A DNA stretch of 64,000 nt from Neoechinorhynchus agilis (GCA_051530055.1 CM121341.1:4814784-4878783); one strand, 5' to 3'. Numbered from the stretch's first letter, positions 23,558 through 35,932 are shown. A program made the numbers and translations. Notes: generated by a model not told the origin, from the letters alone.

Positions 23558-24937
23558 ATGATCGTGAAAGTACAAAACCAGTATAAATAGTAAAAGATCT
23601 ACTCTCTAAACACAGAAATACTTCTTTCTTTAGAAAAAAAGACCTTAAAGAACAATAAAAAACATGAACTCGATTAAAACTTCGGTAAATAACGTCTTAA
23701 TAATTTCTTCTTTTGTACTTAATACAAATTCTTAACGCTTTACGAATGCAACTTTTATTAAAAGAAAATGCCTGATATCGATTAGAGATGGCGATTAAAC
23801 TGAAGATCATCGTCATGTTCCTGAAGGAAATTCTTCGTAAAATTGTTTTTTAATTTTATTTAAAGCAATTAATTTTAGTACGAAACAATAGATTCTGTTT
23901 TTGCGAATGATTTGCCGATCTACTAAGAAAATTTAGTCCCAAAGGCAAGTTTGTTTTTCAATGAAATTGTATTAGAAATTATAGACACCTTCTTTATTAA
24001 AAAAGACGTCTTGATCCTCAACTTGAACTCCCTGATGGCTTCCATCTATCCGTCTTATTTAAGTATTGAGATCACCATTTCGATCAACGGAAACTCACTC
24101 TGATTCTCGGTGGCCGTTTGGCATCACTTGATCGGAAACCGCTAAGCTCTCCTGTTCGCAGATTCTTGAATTGTCCTGCTGAAGTATTTGAGATGCATTT
24201 CCATTCAGATGAGGACGCTGAATCCTTGATTCCTCGACAATTTGTTGTCGTCCTTTTGGTCGCCACAGTCGACCACTCGTCCTGTTATCATTGATCGCCC
24301 AAAACGATTTCCTCGGTCTTCCTCGAACCGGAATTTTCCTGAATCTTTGACAATAAGACAGTGTATTCCTGATCGATCCTTTCCACGACTTGCTATCTGT
24401 TCTTTGTTGGAAATATGGGATATTGTCCTGAATCCATTCGTAGATTTCATTGACCCGCAATCTGCCGGTCAAACTGTGCTCGAGCGCTGCTTCTATTAAA
24501 TCCGCATAACTTGCGTGGTCCCATTCACTGATTGCGCCGTTCACTATTTCTGCAGAGGAATGCATTTGATCGAGGTCAGAACAACACCAAGAGAGTTCAC
24601 ATTGAACAAGTTCGAATCGTTCCGCTTTATCCGTAAATCGCCATGAACAAACAATGGTAAATAAATGGACAAATATTTATCAGCATCGAGGTTGATGTTT
24701 TGGATACCATTTTGTTAGCGTTTTTTTGTTTTGTTGACTTAAAATGAGCTTACCAAGCTTGGTTTCTTGGCAGATCGCCGTAGATCCACTGATTAATCAG
24801 CGTTCTAACTTTTTTGACATTGAAACAATGACTCTTATTAATCTATTAATGAATAAAATCAATATTTAATTTTGTGTTTATTAACGGTCTCTGTCAATGG
24901 GTGCGCCGGACCTTCGTTAAGATTATAAAAGTGGACT
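23558..24937. repeat. Segmental duplication, copy 2 (partner 15678-17288)
   Basis: Direct-orientation homology to copy 1 about 7.9 kb upstream. Confidence 0.9.
23790..24565 (-). CDS. Divergent FoxO-like forkhead protein, copy 2; exon 1 24099-24565 plus inferred short downstream exons
   Basis: Same forkhead domain as copy 1. Canonical 45-nt intron gtgagt...aaataag (24054-24098) continues the frame as RIDGSHQGVQVEDQDVFFNKE. Later exons are tentative. Confidence 0.8.
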
Positions 24938-25059
24938 GAATTGCGCTCACTTCGGCCTCTCGTGCCTTCGAGCTGATTACCGACGGCGAAATTTTAATCT
25001 TTAAGAAAAAATGGATGCCTTACTTTCCTATCTAAAAATTTTCATCATTTGTGGAATCA

Positions 25060-25265
25060 TTAAATACGTGGATTTTTTGTAAGATTTTCACATGAAAAAA
25101 TTAGAGTTTGGAACTTTGGATCTCGGTTTTTGGTGGGAAATCAACAACTTTGTTGCAAATTCTAAGCGTTTCAAGATTTTCACATGAAAAAATGAGAGCT
25201 TGGAACCTCGGATCTCGGTTTTTAGTTGCCGTTTTTTATTTTTAATGTCTTTTTGAGTTTTTGTT
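25060..25265 (-). repeat. Inverted partial copy of the about 150-bp satellite at 63120-64000
   Basis: cacatgaaaaaattagagtttggaactttggatctcggttttt is the reverse complement of the 63-kb unit. Confidence 0.85.
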
Positions 25266-25544
25266 CAGTGCACATTTACCACCGCTATAAGAGAGGAAAT
25301 CATCCTAAAGGCCAATTAAAATCAACCAAATCCAACTTGTACCGCGGAAGGAGAGCGTTTCACCCATTGAAGGGGATGTTAATCAGAAATATCGATATGC
25401 GCAATGTTTGATTTCTAAAACGGTCGATATTTCCTATAATTTTTTTAAAGATATACAAAAAGGAAAGGTGAGGTGCTTGTCCGGATTTTATATTTTACAG
25501 AACTGGAAAGATGTACAGTACGAATTGGTCCTAAGAGGAGCATT

Positions 25545-26059
25545 TCAAAAACGATGCTTGCTACGGAGAACAATGTCTAGATCGAATCTGAACCTTCGAC
25601 CATGAACGAATTGCCATTTCCTGAAATTCAGACGTCAATAAATGGATAAGGAGAGCAAATGGTAATTAAAGTAGAAAAAACAGCATCTTCCTCAAAAAGT
25701 TGGACCAGGACGATAAAGAAATTCATCGGATCAATTTTTTCGGATAAAGTAACAAATCAAAAAAGCACAAATCAACTCAAAAGTTCATTAGACGAAAAAC
25801 TAAGTGACCGATCCCCTCGGTCGTAATTAATGCGGAAAGGTATTGGAAATTTGCCCGGTGTATGGATGGCTGATCGTGCTACAATAACCGATTTTGCTAA
25901 ACTTGCATCTTCCAATTCGATTTTGACTATTGCGTAGGGTGGAATCTCTCCTTCACTCAATATTTGTCCGGTCAACATGCCGAGGTCCCATGGCTCTGGA
26001 CGTTTACTTCGGCTAACCACAAATATAAATGTTAGTAGAGCTGCTACTGTAAGTCGCAT
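25545..26059 (-). CDS. YbaY/YscW (pilotin-like) domain protein 1 with signal peptide; 3' half interrupted
   Basis: MRLTVAALLTFIFVVSRS, then LTGQI...IPPYAIVKIELEDASLA..VIVA...FPIPFRINYD. Downstream pieces KIDPMNFFIVLVQLFEE and KWQFVHG...DLDIVLR match the rest of the fold. Confidence 0.65.
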
Positions 26060-26788
26060 TGCTGAAGAAAAAGTTCGTCGAAATATCCGGAATTGATAGG
26101 TATTACGAATGTTTTTTTATTATGGAGATCTCTCATTATAACCGACATACCTTCTGTGAGCCAAATGAATGTTCTCTTTTGCGTCTTTTTTTAAATTAAT
26201 TTTTTTTATTATCTCGTTTTTAAACAGTACAACGGGATTCACAACGTATTTTAGTTATATTGTTATTATCATCGATCCAGAAAAGTTTTTATTAGTTTGC
26301 TAAGGAAATATCTCGTGAATTCAAGAAAAATTTGTCCGTTCAAAACTAGCGTTCAAAATTCTACGATTTAATCTTAATTGTCATATTTCAACAACGAGAA
26401 GAAGGTGATAAAAGCCAATCATTGATTAGATCTTAACTAGACGATTCGGACATGGACGCTTTCAACTAAATAAAGATTATAGATTTGCTCATATTTGTTG
26501 TTAATTTTTCGCATTTACAGTTAACCAAAATGTTTTGACTGAAATGAGTGATCGGAATCAAATTGATCACGTTGGTGGATAACCGAAGGATAAATCTTTA
26601 ACTTCGATAAGTTCGTACAGTTGGACTTTGTTTCCTATGTTCAATGGACATAAAATTCTGATGGTTTTAATTTTATTTTAAAAATTGCATTATTAGACGC
26701 ACACCTGACATCTAAATTAACAGAAACAATATTCCAAAGCCACTGAATGAGCTTAAAATAACATCGTTGCTTCTTAATTGATTTGAAT

Positions 26789-27235
26789 TCAGCGTTTATC
26801 TGTGAGTTTGGTCAACTTTGCAAAAGCATTTCCCATGAGAGCCGAAAACGAACTTGCAGTTGTGCTTCTGGAGTCACTTTCAATTTGCATTTGTTCGAAA
26901 TTCCTATTATTTTTCAAAAGACTCTCAGGCTCTGATAACGGTCGATCGGTTTGCGATTGATTCCGTTCGTCTAATCGAATCAAAGAGGTTGAGTGTTTGG
27001 GTCGCATTTGTACATCCTCGATGCTCCTCCTCGTAAAAGTGGACTCTGAAGACCTTTGAGCCACAAACGAAAAGAATGCTTGTTCAAGGCGATGGAGACG
27101 ATAATTTGCCCTCTGCAGTCGCTTTCTTAAGATTTCCTCTCTTTCCTGAAGAAGTGAATATGATTTTGGAGAATCGCTGAAAATCGACGATGCTGGATTA
27201 TAATGTGAGGCGATTTTAGTTGATGGCATTAACAT
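26789..27235 (-). CDS. Orphan 148-aa protein with N-terminal coiled coil (left palindrome arm)
   Basis: Intact ATG ORF with LLQEREEILRKRLQRANYRLHRLEQ heptads. Near-identical inverted copy at 29492-29938. Confidence 0.6.
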   Translation of the reverse strand: MLMPSTKIASHYNPASSIFSDSPKSYSLLQEREEILRKRLQRANYRLHRLEQAFFSFVAQRSSESTFTRRSIEDVQMRPKHSTSLIRLDERNQSQTDRPLSEPESLLKNNRNFEQMQIESDSRSTTASSFSALMGNAFAKLTKLTDKR

Positions 27236-29936
27236 TGTTTGCGCTCTGATCCTTTCATTTTTGTTTTGTTTTAAGTCTAAAAAAGACGAAGATGATTTCT
27301 ATTCAAATATTTCTTTTTATTGCTGCCCTTTATGACACTTTTTAGACGTTTCTCGTTTTCTAGTTGATATTGAACGAACTTTATAAGTTCCGTCCTCGAA
27401 AGCGAGTTCAACTAAAACGTTAAAGTTATTTCCTGACAACTAAAAGCATCATCTCTGACCTTTGTAAAGACGTGATGCTCGTTGCTACATATATCGATTG
27501 GGTAATTGTTGAAATTTTTGCCCTTCTTCATTTTTCTGAAGCGAATGGAATGAAGAGTTAAACGCGGATAATCTCTTTTTATAGGATTTACATTTAGCCA
27601 AAAAGAGAAATCCTTTTTCGACTAAAGGAGGAAACTTTTCGCTGGTTGGCGTCAAACCAAGGAAAAGTGTCGAGCTGTCTATTCATGCGAATAAGTCATG
27701 AAAGTAAAGCCAAACGTATTTCCATGCCGTCTGACGTTAGTTCTAGTGATCAATAATTTTCAATTGGTGTCTGATATTTTGTTCAATTGCATTATAGGTT
27801 TGCATTTTAAAAAAATCCATAAATGTTTTAATCCGGTTTCGAGTTTCAATTAATTCAGCAATTACAATAAATATGCAGAAAAACGTAGTTATCGTAAGGA
27901 ATTTTTGTTTTTCAATAAATCACGACCTAAACATTTCATAATGAATCTTTATGTAATCAGCCTTCTTGTATCGAATAAAGAGTATTATGAGAAATAAAGG
28001 ATTTTATATTGTTAATTTTTTATATAAAATCGGACGTATTAACGTCCCGAATTTGAATTTATAATACGAAGAAAAATATGTATTTTTGCTCTGAAAAATC
28101 TTCATTTTCAATTCGCCCATGTTTAAAGGGGTAGCGCAGTGAGAAAACAAATACTTAAATGGTTTTCTCCTTAATAAAAGTTCTTAAAAAGCGCAACAAC
28201 TCGCTCAACATTTACATTTACTGAGTCTTTACAACTGGAACATTAATTTCGTCTAAAGGATATCCTTTAGTAAGAACCCAAACTTCATTGTAATTCTTAT
28301 AAAGGAGTTTATTGTTCCTTTTCGGATCTTCGATTCTCACGTTTATGGAGAAGTCGTTCCGTTCGTCGATGAGGGATTCGTCGTAATGAACGCAAAAACG
28401 AATGGGAAATGCTTGTGGGATGTAGATTGCAGATTGGGCTACGGTTATCATTCCAACGTCCGTTAGACCCACGTCGTTCAATGTTATTTTTATAATTGCT
28501 CCATTCGGAATTTCTCCATCTCCTTGAATCTGTCCACTGAGCATACAGGAATGTAGCAAAATAATCCGCAAGTGATGAGTAGAGAAAAACAAAGGTGGAT
28601 AATTTATGATGACAAGAGTGAGGGGCTCGGTGCGAAAGGAAACATTTTTGTGGTCGCGATTTGGGAAATAAATTAAAGTTTAATTTTACTCTTTTTAGTC
28701 AAATGTTCAATCTCTTTATTTTTGTCATCGTTCAAAGGCCTTTGATTTGTTCAACAATACAAGAAAAAAATTTTAGAATATTTGTGTAATTAGTTGACAT
28801 CGGAGTTTTGTAAAACGATCACAAAATCAACGAGCAATGTATCCATGAACCTAGGAAAGCATTAACTAAATGGACGGAATAGTGCACTTTAACAGTTGCG
28901 TTTACATTAGGAAGTTTCCTTATAACCACTTATAATGAAAGGAATTTCTTGGCTCATTCATGTGCCTATACTCCTCTACTCCTTGCCTTTTTCGCATACG
29001 ACATCAGCGACTCATAATTTTTCTCGTTCAAAAGAACGTTTGTCTTTTTATCAAACATAAATGTGATAAATGGTCATCTTTCTTTAATTAAGTATTTAAA
29101 ATACAATGAAAACACCTTTTTTTGCTTAACATTCTATGCCACCGCGAAATGAACACCAACAGAATCAATCATGGCTCTTTAGAGGAAAAATGAAAATGGG
29201 AAACAATGAAAAAACTGATCGCAAATCAAGTAACGATTTTAATGGCGAGCATCACGTCTTTACAAAGGTCAGAGATGATGCTTTTAGTTGTCAGGAAATA
29301 ACTTTAACGTTTTAGTTGAACTCGCTTTCGAGGACGGAACTTATAAAGTTCGTTCAATATCAACTAGAAAACGAGAAACGTCTAAAAAGTGTCATAAAGG
29401 GCAGCAATAAAAAGAAATATTTGAATAGAAATCATCTTCGTCTTTTTTAGACTTAAAACAAAACAAAAATGAAAGGATCAGAGCGCAAACAATGTTAATG
29501 CCATCAACTAAAATCGCCTCACATTATAATCCAGCATCGTCGATTTTCAGCGATTCTCCAAAATCATATTCACTTCTTCAGGAAAGAGAGGAAATCTTAA
29601 GAAAGCGACTGCAGAGGGCAAATTATCGTCTCCATCGCCTTGAACAAGCATTCTTTTCGTTTGTGGCTCAAAGGTCTTCAGAGTCCACTTTTACGAGGAG
29701 GAGCATCGAGGATGTACAAATGCGACCCAAACACTCAACCTCTTTGATTCGATTAAACGAACGGAATCAATCGCAAACCGATCGACCGTTATCAGAGCCT
29801 GAGAGTCTTTTGAAAAATAATAGGAATTTCGAACAAATGCAAATTGAAAGTGACTCCAGAAGCACAACTGCAAGTTCGTTTTCGGCTCTCATGGGAAATG
29901 CTTTTGCAAAGTTGACCAAACTCGCAGATAAACGCT
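26791..29936. repeat. Palindrome: 691-bp inverted arms (26791-27481 and 29246-29936) with a 1.76-kb spacer
   Basis: Arms match from agcgtttatc to gtgatgctcg in reverse complement, with only a few substitutions. Confidence 0.95.
28218..28645 (-). CDS. YbaY/YscW (pilotin-like) domain protein 2; start uncertain (ATG 28645 with an intron, or internal MLSG)
   Basis: GQI...IPNGAIIKITLNDVGLTDVG...VA...FPIRFCVHYDESLID..DFSINVRIE...KLLY.N fits the YbaY pattern LP..A.+.+.L.DVS.AD / P+.F.+.YD...I / +.ARI...L.F.N. Confidence 0.8.
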
Positions 29937-29938
29937 AA
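29492..29938 (+). CDS. Orphan 148-aa coiled-coil protein (right palindrome arm)
   Basis: Differs from the left copy at two residues (D/N, T/A) and in stop codon (TGA vs TAA). Confidence 0.6.
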   Translation: MLMPSTKIASHYNPASSIFSDSPKSYSLLQEREEILRKRLQRANYRLHRLEQAFFSFVAQRSSESTFTRRSIEDVQMRPKHSTSLIRLNERNQSQTDRPLSEPESLLKNNRNFEQMQIESDSRSTTASSFSALMGNAFAKLTKLADKR

Positions 29939-30313
29939 AATCGTGTTACTTCACTAGCAAAATCAATCTTTATCGGTCATAATGTTGAGAATCTATGGTT
30001 AGAGCGTTAGTAAAATTTGTTTCCATACAAAAAACCCGTTCAGTCAATCTCGAGAATTTTTGAAGATTAATGTGATCTTAGTGGAGTCCCATTCTAAAAG
30101 AGAAATAAGATTACAAAACATTTTATTTCCAATACACATTTCCTTGACTTGGTACTGGTTCTTAGGACTAGACGTCCACAGCGACTATTTTAAATGATAT
30201 GTGGACTTAATAATTATCGCAATGGACGTCTAGTTCAAACATTCAAGGAAATGTGTATTTGGAGTTCCCACAATACGCTACTCGAGAAGGCATATAAAGG
30301 AGATCCAATTTAA

Positions 30314-31142
30314 TCATTGAGACGTAAGTTCAACAATCTGTTCACATCCCTCGTAATCCGGCAAATCCAAGTTGAACATTTCTTTAACTTGATTGCTAAT
30401 GAACCTCCCGCCGAGCCAATGATGATTCCCACTAAAGTGAATTGAGCATAACTTTGGCGCCGTTAGAGAAATCAGAGCATCGGGTAAAATATGAGTTTCT
30501 GATTGAGGTTCACCATCCACTGGCCATCCGGATGGAACATCGATCGAGAATATTGGTACACTTGACAAACGCATTTTTTCCAATATTAGGCTATAAGGTT
30601 GTCGTGGTGGTCCTCGGAATCCAAATCCGAAAAGTGCATCTACAATTAATTGAAAATTCGAGATGAATAAGTCCCCATTATCTGAGGAATCATTGACTGG
30701 TAGCTTGTCGATTACAGAGGTGGGTGACCAAGACCCCAATCGGTCGTCCACGACTCGTTATCGGAATAGAAAATTGGTTAATTTGAACTACAAGACGTCT
30801 ATATAGATCACTTTTATCGATTGATTTCTCTAATGATGGATAGAGAACAACGGGTTCATATCCAAAGAGTTTAAGATGTCGAGCAGCCACGAGGCCATCA
30901 CCACCGTTGTTCCCCGGGCCGCATGCAATCAGAACCTCACGATGATTTAAAACATCATAAGACTTGCTGATGGCTTGAGCACAGCTGAGACCTGCGAGTT
31001 CCATGAGTTGATCGACGCTGAATCCGCCCTCACCCATCAAATAATCGTCCACTTTTTGAGATTGTTCTTGAGTCATGAGTGTAATAGAAGAAGACATCCT
31101 TCTAGAGACGGAAAATACGCATTTTGAAATTGGTTGAAGCAT
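30314..31142 (-). CDS. NAXE: NAD(P)H-hydrate epimerase (YjeF_N), one short intron near 30700-30760
   Basis: [68 protein letters not shown]. Confidence 0.95.
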
Positions 31143-31419
31143 TATAAAATAATCTTCAAGAGAAATTCCTTGTGAAGAGGTGACGATGTTGCGTGATCAT
31201 AAACCCCCTTTCCAAAACAAAAATATATTGAACGGGCCATCTAAAAAAGCTTTTGCTATTATATAGCGTATGAATTTTCAGCCGTGAGGAAATCGAATAA
31301 GTCCAAAAGTTCGGGGATTATCGTGGAGTAAAATACGGTTGCCGCGTTGAATTAGGAATAAAGAAGTTTGGATTCTGTTCCATAATTCGCTTCCGGGCGA
31401 GGAAAGTGATTTAAAAATA

Positions 31420-34400
31420 GGCAAAATTATGCTAGAAATCCGTAATTTTCTGTTCTATGTTGTTTAAATTACAAAGTAGAACGTCGCTCATTAGAATAAA
31501 TTTGGACCAAAAACCATTCAAACAAGAGATTTTTAGCGGATAAACCGAAAATCCAATGAGATTTTTAACTTTTAAACCTGGACTACAAATATCAAAGTTC
31601 TTAACATTCGAGGGGGATGGTTAAAAAAAGGCAAAATTGAGGTAGAAATCCATAATTTTTGTTTTGTTGTTTAAATTACAAAGTAGAACGTCGCTCATTA
31701 GAATAAATTTGGACCAAACACCATTCGAAGAAGAGATTTTTAGCGGATAAACCGAAAATTCAATGAGATTTTTAGTTTTTAAACCTGGACTACAAATATC
31801 AAAGTTCTTAACATTCGAGGGGGAAATTGTTAAAAAAAAGGCAAAATTGAGGTAGAAATCCATAATTTTTGTTTTGTTGTTTAAATTACAAAGTAGAACG
31901 TCGCTCATTAGAATAAATTTGGACCAAACACCATTCGAAGAAGAGATTTTTAGCGGATAAACCGAAAATCCAATGAGATTTTTAGTTTTTAAACCTGGAC
32001 TACAAATATCAAAGTTCTTAACATTCGAGGGGGGTGGTTAAAAAAAGGCAAAATTGAGGTAGAAATCCATAATTTTTGTTTTGTTGTTTAAATTACAAAG
32101 TAGAACGTCGCTCATTAGAATAAATTTGGACCAAACACCATTCGAAGAAGAGATTTTTAGCGGATAAACCGAAAATCCAATGAGATTTTTAGTTTTTAAA
32201 CCTGGACTACAAATATCAAAGTTCTTAACATTCGGGGGGAAATTGTTAAAAAAAGGCAAAATTGAGGTAGAAATCCTAATTTTTGTTTTGTTGTTTAAAT
32301 TACAAAGTAGAACGTCGCTCATTAGAATAAATTTGGACCAAACACCATTCGAAGAAGAGATTTTTAGCGGATAAACCGAAAATCCAATGAGATTTTTAGT
32401 TTTTAAACCTGGACTACAAATATCAAAGTTCTTAACATTCGAAAATTGGTTAAAAAAAGGCAAAATTGAGGTAGAAATCCATAATTTTTGTTTGTTTAAA
32501 TTACAAAGTAGAACGTCGCTCATTAGAATAAATTTGGACCAAACACCATTCGAAGAAGAGATTTTTAGCGGATAAACCGAAAATTCAATGAGATTTTAGT
32601 TTTTAAACCTGGACTACAAATATCAAAGTTCTTAACATTCGGGGGGAAAGTGGTTAAAAAAAGGCAAAATTAAGGTAGAAATCCATAATTTTTGTTTTGT
32701 TGTTTAAATTACAAAGTAGAACGTCGCTCATTAGAATAAATTTGGACCAAACACCATTCGAAGAAGAGATTTTTAGCGGATAAACCGAAAATTCAATGAG
32801 ATTTTTAGTTTTTAAACCTGGACTACAAATATCAAAGTTCTTAACATTCGAGGGGGAAGTGGTTAAAAAAGGCAAAATTGAGGTAGAAATCCATAATTTT
32901 TGTTTTGTTGTTTAAATTACAAAGTAGAACGTCGCTCATTAGAATAAATTTGGACCAAACACCATTCGAAGAAGAGATTTTTAGCGGATAAACCGAAAAT
33001 CCAATGAGATTTTTAGTTTTTAAACCTGGACTACAAATATCAAAGTTCTTAACATTCGGGGGGTGATTAAAAAAAGGCAAAATTGAGGTAGAAATCCATA
33101 ATTTTTGTTTTGTTGTTTAAATTACAAAGTAGAACGTCGCTCATTAGAATAAATTTGGACCAAACACCATTCGAAGAAGAGATTTTTAGCGGATAAACCG
33201 AAAATCCAATGAGATTTTTAGTTTTTAAACCTGGACTACAAATATCAAAGTTCTTAACATTCGAGGGGGAAATTGGTTAAAAAAAGGCAAAATTGAGGTA
33301 GAAATCCATAATTTTTGTTTTGTTGTTTAAATTACAAAGTAGAACGTCGCTCATTAGAATAAATTTGGACCAAACACCATTCGAAGAAGAGATTTTTAGC
33401 GGATAAACCGAAAATTCAATGAGATTTTTAGTTTTTAAACCTGGACTACAAATATCAAAGTTCTTAACATTCGAGGGGGAAATTGGTTAAAAAAAGGCAA
33501 AATTAAGGTAGAAATCCTTAATTTTTGTTTTGTTGTTTAAATTACAAAGTAGAACGTCGCTCATTAGAATAAATTTGGACCAAACACCATTCGAAGAAGA
33601 GATTTTTAGCGGATAAACCGAAAATTCAATGAGATTTTTAGTTTTTAAACCTGGACTACAAATATCAAAGTTCTTAACATTCGAGGGGGAAATTGGTTAA
33701 AAAAAGGCAAAATTGAGGTAGAAATCCATAATTTTTGTTTTGTTGTTTAAATTACAAAGTAGAACGTCGCTCATTAGAATAAATTTGGACCAAACACCAT
33801 TCGAAGAAGAGATTTTTAGCGGATAAACCGAAAATCAATGAGATTTTTAGTTTTTAAACCTGGACTACAAATATCAAAGTTCTTAACATTCGGGGGGAAA
33901 TGGTTAAAAAAAGGCAAAATTGAGGTAGAAATCCATAATTTTTGTTTTGTTGTTTAAATTACAAAGTAGAACGTCGCTCATTAGAATAAATTTGGACCAA
34001 ACACCATTCGAAGAAGAGATTTTTAGCGGATAAACCGAAAATCCAATGAGATTTTTAGTTTAAACCTGGACTACAAATATCAAAGTTCTTAACATTCGAG
34101 GGGGAAATTGGTTAAAAAAAGGCAAAATTGAGGTAGAAATCCATAATTTTTGTTTTGTTGTTTAAATTACAAAGTAGAACGTCGCTCATTAGAATAAATT
34201 TCGACCAAACACCATTCGAAGAAGAGATTTTTAGCGAATAAACCGAAAATCCAATGAGATTTTTAGTTTTTAAACCTGGACTACAAATATCAAAGTTCTA
34301 AACATTCGAGGGGAAAGTGGTTAAAAAAAGGCAAAATTGAGGTAGAAATCCATAATTTTTGTTTTATTGTTTAAATTACAAAGTAGAATCTCGCTCATTA

Positions 34401-34565
34401 GAATAAATTTGGACCAAACACCATTCGAAGAAGAGATTTTTAGCGGAAAAACCGAAAATTCAATGAGATTTTTAGTTTTTAAACCTGGACTACAAATATC
34501 AAAGTTCTTAACATTCGGGGGGGAAAGTTGTTAAAAAGGCAAAATTAAGGTAGAAATCCATAATT
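31420..34565. repeat. Tandem satellite, about 210-bp unit, about 15 copies
   Basis: ggcaaaattgaggtagaaatcc at 31630, 31840 and onward. Variation lies mostly in the G and A homopolymers. Confidence 0.97.
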
Positions 34566-35280
34566 TTAGATTTATTTCATTGAAAATAATGACTTAATTG
34601 ATTTCATCGTGTGCGTTTTTCGCTGAAAGATCTCTGATTGGCCAGGGCAGCGTTCTGTTCCAAATAAAATTAACGCTTTGAATAATCAAAGATCTACTGA
34701 ATTTCTAAAGGAGAAATCCTCATCAGTAATAAAAAAATCTACTAAAGAGCACGAGAACGCGATGTGTGAAAGTAGCCGAGAAGAAAGACGTGAGAGCTTC
34801 GAGATGTGCCTTCGATGAATTCGAAATGGCGCAGGAGAGTTTTAGTTGTAAAAAGATTAAAAGTTAATAGAAAGAGGCTTAAATTTTATTCTGTTTTAGA
34901 TGATCGATTAAAAATGGAACGGCAAATTGCTTAATCTTTTTTTTAAATTTTAATTTACATCTTCAATTGAACATTTTGAACGTTGATTTATCGTTTAGGT
35001 ACGGCTTTAATGTGAGATCTGAAAAGAAAACCCCGCTAACCTTTTAGGAAATTTTTAATTTGAAAAAAATCTTCATTTTTAAGGAAATGTTCATTTGTTT
35101 CTCGTGAAGGTGAAATAAAGAAAAATTAATTTAATTATTTCGTCCTCTACGCGTGGGACTTTAGAATTTTTTAATTATTGATAAGACACCTAAAAAATTC
35201 TAAATATTAAATTAAAAAAATTCATATCATAGAGAATTGTCGTCCGGGTGAGTTTTATTCGAGTTTGGCCACGTTTTTCA

Positions 35281-35485
35281 TTGTTGTTGTTGTTGATCAT
35301 TTAAAATATTTCGTAAGCTTTTTGCTTACATCTTCAGTTTGATGTACAAATTAAGCTAAAATCAAAAGCGGACCCTCGGATCCACGCCTATAGTCCAATT
35401 TTGATTTTAGCTTAATTTGTACATCAAACTGAAGATGTAAGCAAAAAGCTTACGAAATATTTTAAATGATCAACACCAACAACAA
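35281..35485. mobile_element. Near-perfect hairpin (87-bp arms, 31-bp loop); MITE/foldback-like
   Basis: 35281-35367 is the reverse complement of 35399-35485 with one mismatch. Confidence 0.8.
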
Positions 35486-35932
35486 TCCGGTCAAACTCGG
35501 ATTTTTGTTTATTTCGCCTTTACTAAAAACAATCGATGGATAACATCTTTACGGAGTTTTATTTCCTAAGATCCAAAAACACTATCACTTAATCATCGAC
35601 TCAACTTTATTATTTTGCTCATTTCTCCGATTGAGCCAAATAAGTGATCATTATTGGGAAAACGAAACGATCCGAGTGGCTTTCTATTCCCTTGAAAAAC
35701 GTATTTTGGAACTTTTTCATGTACACTTTTCGTATAATTGTAGGGTTTTTTTGTATTTTAAACGTTTAATTTTTGAAAAAAAAGTGACTTTTATCACACA
35801 GCGTAATTTTGTCACTTGTTTAAAGATCTTTTTTTTTATTACTCACAGCGCTCAGTGTGTTTTTACATGCTCATTTTTCTTAAATCAACAAAAACCAAGA
35901 CGTTGTTTAGATAATCTTTTACACATTAAAAA

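Noticed and set aside
31621-33080. Minus-strand ORFs repeating a 69-70-aa unit in the 210-bp satellite
   Set aside because: Most units end in an in-frame TAA (FAFF*), and continuity depends on homopolymer length. No recognisable domain.
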